In this document: positions 1-9,221 of the stretch, one piece after another | Layout of the letters: the number at the start of each line of letters is the position of its first letter | How positions within the stretch are numbered: the first letter of the stretch is position 1 | NCBI GenBank assembly: GCA_039190745.1 | Contig: JBCCXZ010000002.1 | Span: 64,001-128,000, forward strand | Direction: 5' to 3' | DNA: 64,000 nucleotides | DNA from: Planctomycetota bacterium | GTDB taxonomy: Bacteria > Planctomycetota > Planctomycetia > Pirellulales > Lacipirellulaceae | Notes under the pieces: generated by a model | What the model was told of the DNA's origin: nothing | The model's input: the letters and a program-made list of their open reading frames with translations, nothing else | Database searches by the model: none | Position numbers and translations under genes: made by a program

Positions 1-2
1 GC

Positions 3-1139
3 CACAACCACCCGTTCAATGAGTACAAGCAGGACCAGTTCTGGGAGCTGAACGCGTTCTTCCGCCAAGTCCGCGTCCGGCGAGATCGAGACGGCGACGC
101 CCGGAATCGTGCGACGCTTGCTGACGCGGACTTCGCGGGAGAGGGACGCAGCCTGTCGTCCGAGCCTCGACGCGACATCGTGCTCACCGACGCATCAGGC
201 AGCCTAGCCGACAGCCGCGCGCAGATGATGCGTGCGGCCCCCGTATTCTACGAACTCCGCAACGGCCGCGTGGAGATGGCGTTCCCCGTCTTCATCGACG
301 GCACGTCGCTCGCCGAGGTCTACAGCGACCGGGGAAGAGACTTCGGAAAAAGCGGGTACCTGGAAGATGTCAATCGGCGGGCGGAGCTCGCAACTCTCAT
401 CGTAGGGTCGACCGATTTTGAGCAGGCGATCGCGAACCGGATGTGGGCCGCGCTGCTCGGCCGCGGGTTGGTGAACCCGGTACACGACATGGGCCCTCAC
501 AACAGCCCGTCGCACCCCGAGCTGCTTGCGTACCTCGGAGAAGAAGTGCGGTCGGCTGGCTTCGATCTGAAGTCCCTCATCAGGTGGATCGTCCTCAGCG
601 AGGCTTACGGCCTGAGCAGCCAAGCGGGGCGGGCGAACGAGGCGGACGACGCCGCTACCGGCGGCCCCGGTCGGTTCAGCCGTTTCTACTTGCGGCAGAT
701 GTCGCCCGAGCAGCTCTACCGCTCGTTGATCGCGGCGACTGACGCCGGGAACACGGTAGACCGAGAAGACCGAGACGACGCGCTCGACCGGTGGCTCCGC
801 CAGTTCAGCGAAGCGTTCGGCACCGACGACGGGGCAGAATCGACCACCTTCAACGGCGCGGTCCCGCAGGTGTTGATGATGATGAACGGAGAGCTGACGC
901 GGCGGGCGTGCGACACCAGCAGCGGCAGCTTCCTCGCCCGGGTGGCGAACGACCCGGGCCTGTCGAACCGCGACAAGATCAGCCGGCTGTACCTCGCCGC
1001 GTTGTCGCGGCAACCGACGAAGCACGAGCTAAAGATCTGCAACCGCCTGCTGGCCGCACGCGGCGGCAATGTGGTCGAGACCCTGCAAGACGTGTGGTGG
1101 GCCCTGCTGAACAGCAACGAATTTATCCTGGTTCACTAG
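3..1139 (+). CDS. DUF1549/DUF1553 (PSD1-type) planctomycete protein, 5'-truncated by the window edge
   Basis: Frame is open from position 3 (HNHPFNEYKQDQFWELNAFF). Contains NRMWAALLGRGLVNP, PSHPELL, FDLKSLIRWIVLSEAY and a C-terminal WALLNSNEF, all typical of DUF1553. Followed by a DUF1501 gene. Confidence 0.9.
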   Translation, partial: HNHPFNEYKQDQFWELNAFFRQVRVRRDRDGDARNRATLADADFAGEGRSLSSEPRRDIVLTDASGSLADSRAQMMRAAPVFYELRNGRVEMAFPVFIDGTSLAEVYSDRGRDFGKSGYLEDVNRRAELATLIVGSTDFEQAIANRMWAALLGRGLVNPVHDMGPHNSPSHPELLAYLGEEVRSAGFDLKSLIRWIVLSEAYGLSSQAGRANEADDAATGGPGRFSRFYLRQMSPEQLYRSLIAATDAGNTVDREDRDDALDRWLRQFSEAFGTDDGAESTTFNGAVPQVLMMMNGELTRRACDTSSGSFLARVANDPGLSNRDKISRLYLAALSRQPTKHELKICNRLLAARGGNVVETLQDVWWALLNSNEFILVH

Positions 1140-1189
1140 CTGGGCTTTTCCTGGCGTGTTGATGCGGCGAACCCGAGGAGACCCCGTCG

Positions 1190-2473
1190 ATGAGAAGCAC
1201 CCGATCGATAAGCAACCTAGTCCCTCGCGGGATGTCGCGTCGGCACTTCATGTCGCACCTGGCCGGGTCGGCGTCACTGCTGGCTCCCGCGACGGTGTTG
1301 ACCCGTTCGGTGATGGCGGGGCAGCGGCAACTGCGCCGCAATCACAAGTCGTGCATCCTCCTCTGGATGGGCGGCGGTCCGCCGACGATCGACATCTTCG
1401 ACATGAAACCGGGGGCAGCGACGGGCGGGACTTTCAAGCAGATCTCCACCGCCGGCGAGGCCCAGATCAACGAGCTGATGCCGGAGCTCGCCAAGCAGAT
1501 GGGCCGTCTGTCTGTGGTGCGTTCGATGAGCACCCGTGAGGCGGATCATGATCGGGGCCGGTACTACATGCACACGGGCTTCGTTCCGAACCCCAGCGTC
1601 ACGCACCCGAGCTACGGTTCGGTAGTGGCCCATGAGTTGTCCCCCAAGTTGGACGGGCTGGAGATGCCGCCGTTCGTTTCGGTCGGCGGGCCGAGCGAGG
1701 GGCCGGGGTTCTTGGGGATGGGTTATGCGCCGTTCCAAGTCGACGCGAATGGCCGGGTGCGGAACCTGGAAATGGGCGTCGAACAGGCCAGGCTGGCCGA
1801 CCGGATGCAGCTGCTGAGCGTGATGGAGAAACGCTTCATCCGCGAAGACCGAGGGGCCGCTGCCGGGGAGCACGCCAAGGTGCTCAACAGCGCCTTGGAG
1901 CTGATGACGAGCGAACAGATGCGTGCGTTCGAGGTCCGCTCCGAGCCGCAGTCGATGCAGGAGCGGTACGGCAACACATCGTTCGGCCGGGGCTGCTTGA
2001 TGGCTCGCCGATTGGTGCAGGCGGGTGTTCCGTTCGTGGAGGTAAACCTCGGTGGGTGGGACCTGCATCAGAACTGCTTCACCCAGCTGCAGAACAAGCT
2101 GCCCGAGCTAGACAAGGCCTGGAGTGCTTTGGTGGCTGACTTGGAGGAAACCGGGCTGTTGGACGACACTGTTGTGCTGTGGATGGGCGAGTTCGGCCGG
2201 ACGCCGCGGATCAACGGCACGTCGGGCCGCGACCACTGGGCCCGGAGCTGGAGCGTGGTGGTCGGCGGCGGCGGCATCGAGGGCGGCAGGGTGATCGGTT
2301 CGACCAGTGCCGACGGCACAGCAGTCGAGACCGAGCCCTACAGTGCCGAAGACCTAATGGCCACGGTCTGCAAGACGCTGGGCATTTCGCTAGATACCGT
2401 CCACACCGCAGGGAACGGCCGCCCGATGAAGATCGCCGGGGGCGGCAAGGTGATCGAGGGGCTCTTCGCCTAG
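1190..2473 (+). CDS. DUF1501 domain-containing protein (Tat-like leader)
   Basis: SRRHF leader; ILLWMGGGP..DIFDMKP, ERYG..FGRGCLMARRLVQAGV.FVEV, GWDLH, GEFGRTP.IN..GRDHW. Confidence 0.92.
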   Translation: MRSTRSISNLVPRGMSRRHFMSHLAGSASLLAPATVLTRSVMAGQRQLRRNHKSCILLWMGGGPPTIDIFDMKPGAATGGTFKQISTAGEAQINELMPELAKQMGRLSVVRSMSTREADHDRGRYYMHTGFVPNPSVTHPSYGSVVAHELSPKLDGLEMPPFVSVGGPSEGPGFLGMGYAPFQVDANGRVRNLEMGVEQARLADRMQLLSVMEKRFIREDRGAAAGEHAKVLNSALELMTSEQMRAFEVRSEPQSMQERYGNTSFGRGCLMARRLVQAGVPFVEVNLGGWDLHQNCFTQLQNKLPELDKAWSALVADLEETGLLDDTVVLWMGEFGRTPRINGTSGRDHWARSWSVVVGGGGIEGGRVIGSTSADGTAVETEPYSAEDLMATVCKTLGISLDTVHTAGNGRPMKIAGGGKVIEGLFA

Positions 2474-2543
2474 CCAACGCCTTCCTGGGGCACGCCTTGG
2501 CTTTGTCCTGCTTGCTTCCGTTTGCTGGCCTCCCCGCTTGAGC

Positions 2544-2571
2544 TTGACTGGGGGCGGAGGCGGGGTAGACT
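2544..2571 (+). promoter_or_regulatory. Putative sigma70 promoter for tRNA-Leu
   Basis: TTGACT-16nt-TAGACT about 55 nt upstream of the tRNA. Confidence 0.45.
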
Positions 2572-2626
2572 CGACGGACTATTGCCTGCTCCGCCGCTTA
2601 CACAGGCGGGGCGGTAGTGAGTGGAC

Positions 2627-2710
2627 GGGCCCGTGGCGGAATAGGCAGACGCGCATGCTTGAGGGGCATGTGCCCGAAAGGGCGTGCTGGTTCGACTCCA
2701 GTCGGGCCCA
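2627..2710 (+). tRNA. tRNA-Leu (anticodon GAG)
   Basis: Acceptor stem GGGCCCG/CGGGCCC plus discriminator A; D-arm TGGCGGAATAGGCAGACGC; anticodon stem CATGC-TTGAGGG-GCATG; long variable arm GCCC-GAAA-GGGC; T-loop GGTTCGACTCC. CCA is not encoded. Confidence 0.96.
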
Positions 2711-3276
2711 CTCACTTTGCAGGACCGGCCACCTTTGCTGGACGGGCTCGCCGGATCGGCCTCACTGAAACCGGCGGCTGGCTGCCGGCTTGGTGTTTCT
2801 TTTTGTCCTGGGTTAGGCGGCTAAGCTCCGGCTGGACAATAAGCGCGCCTTTTGTCGGTGCGGCTTGCCGGGGCCCCTGCGACGCATAGCGTCGCCGCTG
2901 CTTGCTGACGGACACAATGCTCTGGTTTTGAGCTGAGGCCGTTTGCAGAAGTGCTTTTCTTTTGTCCATTTTCTCGCGCTGCGGACACTGGGAACACAGG
3001 GCTGCCGTTGCGGCAAGTCGGCCAGAAATCACTTGGGTTCTGCGTAGCCTCTGGAGGCTGAACGGACGGAAACCGGGGCGCTCGGCTCACGTCGCCGCGG
3101 ACCGGCGGCGGGGATTGTGGGGCTGGCTCGTGGAGCTCTGTTAGGTTGTCAAAGAGCGGCAGCGCCGGTGCTCTGGGTATACCATCTAGCGCGGCCATTT
3201 CCTATTATAATCGTTTAGGCAACTTCGAATTCCGCTGCCACCGGCAGCCCTCCTCTCCGAAGGTGAATCACGACCC

Positions 3277-4620
3277 ATGATTGGCAACGAAGGCGGTTTG
3301 GATCGACGGGGTTTCTTGCGGCGGGCATCGGTTGGGGCGGCGGCGTTGACGCCCTACCACGCTTGGACCAGCCGTGCGTTTGCGAATCGCGAGAAGAACG
3401 ACCGGCCGCGGATTGGCTGCATCGGAACGGGCAGCATGGGCACGGTCGACGCACGAGACCACGCTCGCTTTGGCGACGTGGTGGCGGTGTGCGACGTCGA
3501 TTCCCGCCACATGCTGCGGGCGAAGCACGACGACGCCATTGGCAAGGGCTACGCGGACGCCTACGAAGATTATCGCCGGGTGCTCGATCGCTCGGACGTG
3601 GACGTGGTGAGCGTGGTGACGCCGGACCACTGGCATGTGAAGATCGCGATCGAGGCGCTGCAGGCGGGCAAACACGTTTTTGTGCAGAAGCCGCTGACGC
3701 TGACGCTGGAAGAGAACCGGCTGATCCGCGAGGCGTGCAAGAAACACGCAGACCAGACTTTCTTCATCGGTACGCAACAACGCAGCAGCAAGGACCTGTT
3801 CCTGCGGGCGGTGAACATGGTGCAGAAGGGGCTGCTGGGGGACATCAAGAAGGTTGTGGCCGGCATCGACGGGGCGCCGACGGGCGGGCCGTTCCCAGTA
3901 GAGGCGCCGCCGGCCGAGTTGGACTGGCACATGTGGCTGGGGCCGGCGCCGCTGGTCGACTACCGGCGTCGGCGTTGCCACTACGAGTTCCGCTGGTGGT
4001 ACGAGTACTCGGGGGGGAAGTTCACCGACTGGGGCGCCCACCACGTAGACATCGCGACGTGGGCTTTAGGGTTCGACGGAGAAGGGCAGGGACCCGTGGA
4101 AGTCGACGGCTCCGACGCGAAGCACCCGGTTGCGTTTGAAGACGGTTACCCGACGGTGGACGACTCGTACAACACGTCGCACGACTTCAACGTGGTGTGC
4201 CGGTACGCGAGCGGCCAGGAATTGCACGTCACGAGCCGGGGCTCGAACGGGGTGCTCTTTGAAGGGACTAAGGGCCGGTTGTTTGTGAATCGCAAGAAGA
4301 TCACGGGCAAGCCGATCGAAGAAGAATGGGACAAAGACCAGTTCGGCGAAGAAGACCTCGTGCGCCTCTACCGCGGCAAGCCTTACGAGGGGCACAAGGA
4401 GAACTTCTACCGGTGCATCCGCGAGGGGGGGCTGCCGGTCTCGGATGTGTACAGCCACGTGCAGACGATGAACACGTGCCACTTGGCGGCAGTCGCGGCG
4501 CGGCTGGGTCGGGCGGTGCAGTGGGACCCGGCTGCGGAGGCGTTCGTCGGTGACGAGCAGGCGCAGGCTTTGGCATCGCGGGAGAGCCGGGCGGGGTTCG
4601 AGATACCGCGTGTGGGTTGA
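3277..4620 (+). CDS. Tat-exported Gfo/Idh/MocA family oxidoreductase
   Basis: DRRGFLRR Tat motif, IGCIGTGSMG Rossmann motif, TPDHWH, QKP, GTQQRS, DWGAHHVD. Confidence 0.92.
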   Translation: MIGNEGGLDRRGFLRRASVGAAALTPYHAWTSRAFANREKNDRPRIGCIGTGSMGTVDARDHARFGDVVAVCDVDSRHMLRAKHDDAIGKGYADAYEDYRRVLDRSDVDVVSVVTPDHWHVKIAIEALQAGKHVFVQKPLTLTLEENRLIREACKKHADQTFFIGTQQRSSKDLFLRAVNMVQKGLLGDIKKVVAGIDGAPTGGPFPVEAPPAELDWHMWLGPAPLVDYRRRRCHYEFRWWYEYSGGKFTDWGAHHVDIATWALGFDGEGQGPVEVDGSDAKHPVAFEDGYPTVDDSYNTSHDFNVVCRYASGQELHVTSRGSNGVLFEGTKGRLFVNRKKITGKPIEEEWDKDQFGEEDLVRLYRGKPYEGHKENFYRCIREGGLPVSDVYSHVQTMNTCHLAAVAARLGRAVQWDPAAEAFVGDEQAQALASRESRAGFEIPRVG

Positions 4621-4766
4621 TGGCGGAGTCGGCGTCGGTCCTGTTTCTGGGTGGTGCCGGCATCTTGCCGGTGTCCGAATACCGCTTCCTCTACTGGTGA
4701 CACGCCAGTTCTGCCCGCTGCCGCTTGGGGTCGAATGTGGCATCTAGGACGGGCGCTCGCCATTGA

Positions 4767-4795
4767 TTGCACGTTGTAGATCGGTTTGCTACGAT
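4767..4795 (+). promoter_or_regulatory. Putative sigma70 promoter with extended -10 for the GH16 gene
   Basis: TTGCAC-17nt-TACGAT with TG at the extended -10 position (TGcTACGAT). Confidence 0.55.
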
Positions 4796-4805
4796 AGAGG
4801 AACAT

Positions 4806-4824
4806 ATCTGAAACTGTTTCAGAT
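4806..4824. promoter_or_regulatory. Palindromic operator, LacI-family-like
   Basis: Perfect inverted repeat ATCTGAAAC-T-GTTTCAGAT just downstream of the predicted -10. Confidence 0.6.
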
Positions 4825-4860
4825 CTTTTCTCATCGGACTCCGAAGCGGGCGATAGCTTG

Positions 4861-6462
4861 ATGGTCGGTTCTGACTCCCCCCGCTTCCCTCTGGGACGCG
4901 GCAGGTTGATCGTTTGCTTGGTTTGGTTCGTATCGCTTTCGTGCTGCGCAATGCCCGCCTGGGGGCAGGTTCCGGACCTGCCGGGTTGGGACCTCGTTTG
5001 GAACGGCGAATTCGACGGCACGTCGCTCGACACGACGAAGTGGACCGCACTGGACCGCCGAGACAGCTTCAACGACGAGTTGCAGTACTACCACCCCAAC
5101 CAAGTCGCCGTCACGGGCGGCAACCTGGAGCTGACGGCCATTAATGTCCCCCGACAGGGCAAGCAGTATCAGTCGGGTTTGGTCACCTCGAACGACCTGT
5201 TTGGCCCGGGACGGTTCGAGGCCCGCATCGACCTGCCGACCTCGCAGGGCATGTGGCCGGCGTTCTGGTTGAACTCGAACCACGTGCAGTGGCCGCTGGG
5301 CGGCGAGATCGACATTCTGGAGAACCGCGGGAGCGAGCCGCACATCGTCTCTAGCGCCTACCACTGGCAGACAAACCCGGGCCCCTGTTGCGACCAGCGC
5401 GAGTACGTCTTCCGGAACTACAGCGCCACCGAAGGCGGGCAGCCGGTCGACTTCCACGCGGGCTTTCACACGTACGCCGCGGAATGGGACGAGACGAGCA
5501 TCCGCTACTACGTCGACGGCAACCTGTTCTACACGGTGCCCGAGTTCTCCGGCCGGCCGATCTACGAGACCCCGAAGAACATTATCCTGAATGTTGCGGT
5601 GGGGGGCTTTTTCGGCGGCGACCCCGACGGCACGACCGTCTGGCCGCAGACCATGCAGGTGGATTACGTCCGCTACTGGCAACCGTCTTCGACGACCGGC
5701 CCGCCGGTCGACCCGCCGGCTGGCGTCGATCTGCTCAGCAATCCCGGCTTCGACGAGAACGGCGGGACGCTCGACGGGTGGACCGACTTCGGAAACGTGA
5801 TCGACAACGTCTCGCCGAACAACCAGCTGAGCGAAGGCGGGAGGCACGCGGTGAAGATCTACGGTCAGTTCAACGGCGGGGAGAACTTCTCCGGCATCTC
5901 TCAGGGCGTGGCGGTCTCTGAGGGAGACGTGCTGCGGGCCGAGGCGAGCACCCACACCCCGTCGTGGGACACGCTCTTTGGGAAGAGCAACGAAGTGACG
6001 ATGAAGGTGGAGTTCTACAGCGATTTCGGCGCGGGCTACGGGTCGAGCGATTTCTTGGGCGAGGTGTCGCAGATCGTCCACAACGGGTCGTCGCCGGAAA
6101 ACACGTGGCTCGACCACTCGCTGGACGCGGTCGCGCCGGCGGGGGCCGTTGAGGCGCGACTGCTGCTGATGCTGCGGCAGCCGGGCAACGACAACGGTGC
6201 AGTCTGGATCGACTCGGCGGGGCTGTTCTTGGATACCAGCGCCGACGGCGACTTCGACGGCGACGGCGACTACGACGTGTCGGACGCCCTGCAAGGTCAA
6301 CGCGCGGGAGAAGACCTGACCGCGGGCAGCGGTTGGCACACGAACTTCGGTACGGTCGAGTCGCAGGAAGCCGGTGTGGCGGCGGTGCCCGAGCCGGCGA
6401 GCTTGTGGTGCTTGCTGGGCGTTGGGGCTTTTCTGGGCGCGGTCCGGCGGCGCTGCGTTTGA
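4861..6462 (+). CDS. GH16 family beta-glucanase with CBM-like domain and PEP-CTERM sorting signal
   Basis: Signal peptide; LVWNGEFDG, GMWPAFW, catalytic EIDILE, FHTYAAEW, MQVDYVR; second domain starting LLSNPGFD; dockerin-like GDFDGDGDYDVSD; C-terminal VPEPASLWCLLGVGAFLGAVRRR. Confidence 0.92.
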   Translation: MVGSDSPRFPLGRGRLIVCLVWFVSLSCCAMPAWGQVPDLPGWDLVWNGEFDGTSLDTTKWTALDRRDSFNDELQYYHPNQVAVTGGNLELTAINVPRQGKQYQSGLVTSNDLFGPGRFEARIDLPTSQGMWPAFWLNSNHVQWPLGGEIDILENRGSEPHIVSSAYHWQTNPGPCCDQREYVFRNYSATEGGQPVDFHAGFHTYAAEWDETSIRYYVDGNLFYTVPEFSGRPIYETPKNIILNVAVGGFFGGDPDGTTVWPQTMQVDYVRYWQPSSTTGPPVDPPAGVDLLSNPGFDENGGTLDGWTDFGNVIDNVSPNNQLSEGGRHAVKIYGQFNGGENFSGISQGVAVSEGDVLRAEASTHTPSWDTLFGKSNEVTMKVEFYSDFGAGYGSSDFLGEVSQIVHNGSSPENTWLDHSLDAVAPAGAVEARLLLMLRQPGNDNGAVWIDSAGLFLDTSADGDFDGDGDYDVSDALQGQRAGEDLTAGSGWHTNFGTVESQEAGVAAVPEPASLWCLLGVGAFLGAVRRRCV

Positions 6463-6591
6463 TATTTGGCCGCTGCATTGGCGAGAGGCCAGTGCGAATC
6501 GAGGCCCAGAGTCTGGAATCCAAGGCAGCGGCTGCCTACGGCACGCTGGCCTTAGGCTTGTTGCCAAGACCTGCGGTGCAGGATCCTGAGG

Positions 6592-6762
6592 CTATACCGT
6601 GCCGAAGCCGCCGAAGGCTTTGATCTCGGCCCAGAGGAAACCGCAGCCCATCAGCAGGGAGACCAACGCGATGATCAGCAGCATCGTGTAGACGTCTGCC
6701 GTGTTCTTCTTCTTGGTCGACGCGGGGGCCGCGACCGTTTCGAACTCGGGGGCTTCGGACAT
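6592..6762 (-). CDS. 56-aa single-pass membrane microprotein (absent from the ORF track)
   Basis: Hand translation: MSEAPEFETVAAPASTKKKNTADVYTMLLIIALVSLLMGCGFLWAEIKAFGGFGTV*. GC-rich third positions; paralogous to the neighbouring ORF. Confidence 0.75.
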   Translation of the reverse strand: MSEAPEFETVAAPASTKKKNTADVYTMLLIIALVSLLMGCGFLWAEIKAFGGFGTV

Positions 6763-6842
6763 GGCTTGGTCGAGAAGGCTTGGTCGAGAGGGCCTAGTCT
6801 AGAGGGCTTGTGCTGCGGGGTTGGTGGGCGGCCGAGGTGCCG

Positions 6843-7016
6843 TTAGAGATTGGAACGCCAGTTGAAGCCGTACTCTTTGAGCTCGAGGACCAGAAATACG
6901 AAGGCGGCCCCCATGCACAGCACCGCGATCAGCGCGAGCATTGTGTAGACGGTGATCGCCGGCTTTTTTTCGAGGACGCTGGGGGCCTCAGCCAACTCGT
7001 AGCTTGGTTGCGACAT
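6843..7016 (-). CDS. 57-aa single-pass membrane microprotein
   Basis: MSQPSYELAEAPSVLEKKPAITVYTMLALIAVLCMGAAFVFLVLELKEYGFNWRSNL. Start overlaps the 3' end of the upstream gene; shares the KK..VYTML..IA...FL..E.K..G pattern with 6592..6762. Confidence 0.75.
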   Translation of the reverse strand: MSQPSYELAEAPSVLEKKPAITVYTMLALIAVLCMGAAFVFLVLELKEYGFNWRSNL

Positions 7017-7827
7017 TGTCGTCCTTCTGGATCTGGCCCTGCTGGAAGCGGCGGATGACGCGGCCGACGGCCTTGTCGGGTTCGGTCTCGAGGATCTCGG
7101 CGCGGCCGAGGTATCGCTGGCCGCGGAACACCTCGACGGTGTGGCCGGGCTTGAGGCCGTCGTCCGAACCGACGGTGATCTCGATGAGCTGCGTGCCGGA
7201 GGCCCGGCGGGTGGCACTGATGACGCCGCGGACCCGGGGGACGACCGCCTCGGCGGGCATATCCGGGTCGAGTCCGTTGGAACGCATCACGGCGCTCTTG
7301 GTGGCCAGGTCGGAGACGACTTGCTTGTTGCGTTCGGTTAGTGAGCTGAGCTGCCCCTGCAGCTGGTGGAGCTCGTCGGTCTTAGCGACCGTGACGTTGA
7401 AGGCTTCGTCGCGGACCTGCTGGTTCTCGCGGACCTCGTCGCGGAGGGACTGCACCTCGGCGGTGAGCTTCTCGTTGTTGTTCTGCGTGGCCTGGACGGC
7501 GGCGGTGTTGGCCCGCTCTTTCTGGCGGAGTTGGTCGAGCTCGGAGCGGATCGCCGAGTTCTGGCTGAGCAGGGTCACGCGCTCGGTTTCGAGCTTGCGG
7601 GCGTTCTGCTTGGCGGCTTCGAGTTCTGCCTGGAGGCGGCTGTCGAGCGACTGGTAGCGGCTTTCGAGCTCGTCGTTCGAGGCCTTCGCCGTGGCGAGCT
7701 GCTTCTGCAGGCCCTGGGCTGTCTGTTGCCAGTTCTTGTGGCTGGCGTAGACGAGCATCGACACGGCCATCACGAAGATGGAGATGACGGTGATCAGGAC
7801 CGTGAAAATCTTGCCGAGCAAGTTCAT
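6988..7827 (-). CDS. Membrane-anchored coiled-coil protein with C-terminal beta domain (planctomycete hypothetical)
   Basis: MNLLGKIFTVLITVISIFVMAVSMLVY transmembrane segment, long heptad-rich region, C-terminal IEITVGSDDGLKPGHTVEVFRG..YLG. Confidence 0.85.
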   Translation of the reverse strand: MNLLGKIFTVLITVISIFVMAVSMLVYASHKNWQQTAQGLQKQLATAKASNDELESRYQSLDSRLQAELEAAKQNARKLETERVTLLSQNSAIRSELDQLRQKERANTAAVQATQNNNEKLTAEVQSLRDEVRENQQVRDEAFNVTVAKTDELHQLQGQLSSLTERNKQVVSDLATKSAVMRSNGLDPDMPAEAVVPRVRGVISATRRASGTQLIEITVGSDDGLKPGHTVEVFRGQRYLGRAEILETEPDKAVGRVIRRFQQGQIQKDDNVATKLRVG

Positions 7828-7993
7828 CGCGTCGCTTCCTCTTCCGGGAGACGGGCTGCTGGTCGCCGCGCGGGGCGGCGGGGGGCGTCCGAGAGAAGAG
7901 TCCGATCTTCCGCACCGGGACGGCGGGGGGCTTGGCTCTGCGGCCAGGGGGCCCGAAACCAATGCCTCAAAACGAGTTAATCCCTAAGCTCGC

Positions 7994-8023
7994 AGTATAG
8001 TCAGGCGGAAAAATTAGTGTCAA
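7994..8023 (-). promoter_or_regulatory. Near-consensus sigma70 promoter for the coiled-coil/microprotein operon
   Basis: Minus strand TTGACA-18nt-TATACT with an AT-rich spacer. Confidence 0.6.
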
Positions 8024-8172
8024 ATTTCCGCGGGGCGGTTGAGAAACGCCAACGCCGGGCGGGGGATTGTTCGGGTGCTGCGGCCGGGATGCCGGTCGTC
8101 CGGGATACGCCGCCCCAGCCTGGAACCACTTGCCTGGAGCCGACTGCCTGGGAAGCAATACGGCGGGCCGGG

Positions 8173-8394
8173 CTAGCCCTGCGGCGGGAAGCAGCCGCAG
8201 GCGGAGCCGCACGGGCCGGGGGGCGGCGCATCTGTGCCTGTGCTGGGGCCCGCGGCGGTATGAGCGGCGGGGACGCTGAGGAGCTTGGTCAGGTTTGTGC
8301 TGCCGCAGGACTCGCACGCGACCTCGGAGTCGCCTTGGACGAGCAATTCCTGCTCGTCGCCGCAGTCCTGGCAGAGGTATTCGTAGAGCGGCAT
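8173..8394 (-). CDS. FmdB family zinc-ribbon protein
   Basis: MPLYEYLCQDCG...CESCGS...KLLS; Cys-rich tail CGSACGC. Confidence 0.9.
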   Translation of the reverse strand: MPLYEYLCQDCGDEQELLVQGDSEVACESCGSTNLTKLLSVPAAHTAAGPSTGTDAPPPGPCGSACGCFPPQG

Positions 8395-8420
8395 GGGGTA
8401 GTCTCTGCCTGTGTTGGGTT

Positions 8421-9188
8421 TCAGTCTTCGCGTCGGCGGGAGCGGAAGCGGTCGGTTGGCCGGTTGAGGATTTCGTTGGCGATCACGAGCTGCGCCATGC
8501 CGCCGGGCTTGGAGAGCAGGTCGAGCAATTCGGTCGCCATCGGGGAGGGAGTGGTCTGCGACTTGGCTGTGGCCTCGGCGTGGGTGAGCGATCCGACATT
8601 GTGCTCGAAGGTTTCTTGGAGGTGGGACTCGAACTTGTCGTCCGCGAGGGCGACCTCCTCGCCCAGGTGGTTGGGCGTCGCGGCGAGCGTAGAGACGGGC
8701 GGTTCGGTCTGCTTCTTGCGGGAGTCCGCTGCAGGCCGATCGGGCTTCTTAGCTGGCCGCGGTTCGGCGGGCGGCTTCTGGACGAGCGGGCGGCGGGGGC
8801 GATCGGGGGCCTGCTGCGGTGCGGCCGGCTCGGTGCGGGCGGCCGGCTTAGTGCGGGCTGGCGGGCGCTCGGCAACGGGGCGTTGAGAGCGGGGCGGAGC
8901 GGCCTTGGCTTCTTGCGCTGGCGGACGGCCTTGGGCGCGGCGGAGGAAGTCTTCGATCTCGTCGCGGAGCGGGTCGTTGGGCCCGCCGGCCGGTTTTCCG
9001 GCTGCGGCGGGCGGGGGTTGATTGGCGGGGCGGGGCGGGGCGGCGGGCCGCCGCTTGGGGGCCGCTTGCTTCTTTTCGTTGCGGCTGGCCATGAACTGCG
9101 CGAGCCCGGTGAGCAGGATAACAATCACCGGGAACATTCGCTGCAGCACGTCGAAGACGTCGGCGAGCAGCGGCATTTGGATATCCAT
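8421..9188 (-). CDS. Pro/Ala-rich membrane-anchored hypothetical protein (YqfB-like position)
   Basis: N-terminal TM, DEIEDFLRRA, C-terminal QLVIANEILNRP; directly downstream of floA. Confidence 0.75.
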   Translation of the reverse strand: MDIQMPLLADVFDVLQRMFPVIVILLTGLAQFMASRNEKKQAAPKRRPAAPPRPANQPPPAAAGKPAGGPNDPLRDEIEDFLRRAQGRPPAQEAKAAPPRSQRPVAERPPARTKPAARTEPAAPQQAPDRPRRPLVQKPPAEPRPAKKPDRPAADSRKKQTEPPVSTLAATPNHLGEEVALADDKFESHLQETFEHNVGSLTHAEATAKSQTTPSPMATELLDLLSKPGGMAQLVIANEILNRPTDRFRSRRRED

Positions 9189-9221
9189 GGCGTTCCCTCA
9201 CTGGGTTCCCCGGAGAGGCGG

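Noticed and set aside
2712..3198. Short track ORFs in the gap after the tRNA
   Set aside because: No codon bias or motifs; the region looks regulatory (hairpin 2771-2788, TATAAT 3206-3211).
2627..3277. tRNA-Leu as a genomic-island integration site
   Set aside because: No integrase follows, and I noticed no duplicate of the tRNA 3' end elsewhere in the window.
4649..4716. Possible degenerate REP doublet (GGGTGGTGCCGGCATCTTGCCGGTG ...)
   Set aside because: The second arm is too diverged to call confidently without a genome-wide count.
4831..6567. 578-aa minus-strand ORF
   Set aside because: Antisense shadow of the GH16 gene, typical of high-GC DNA.
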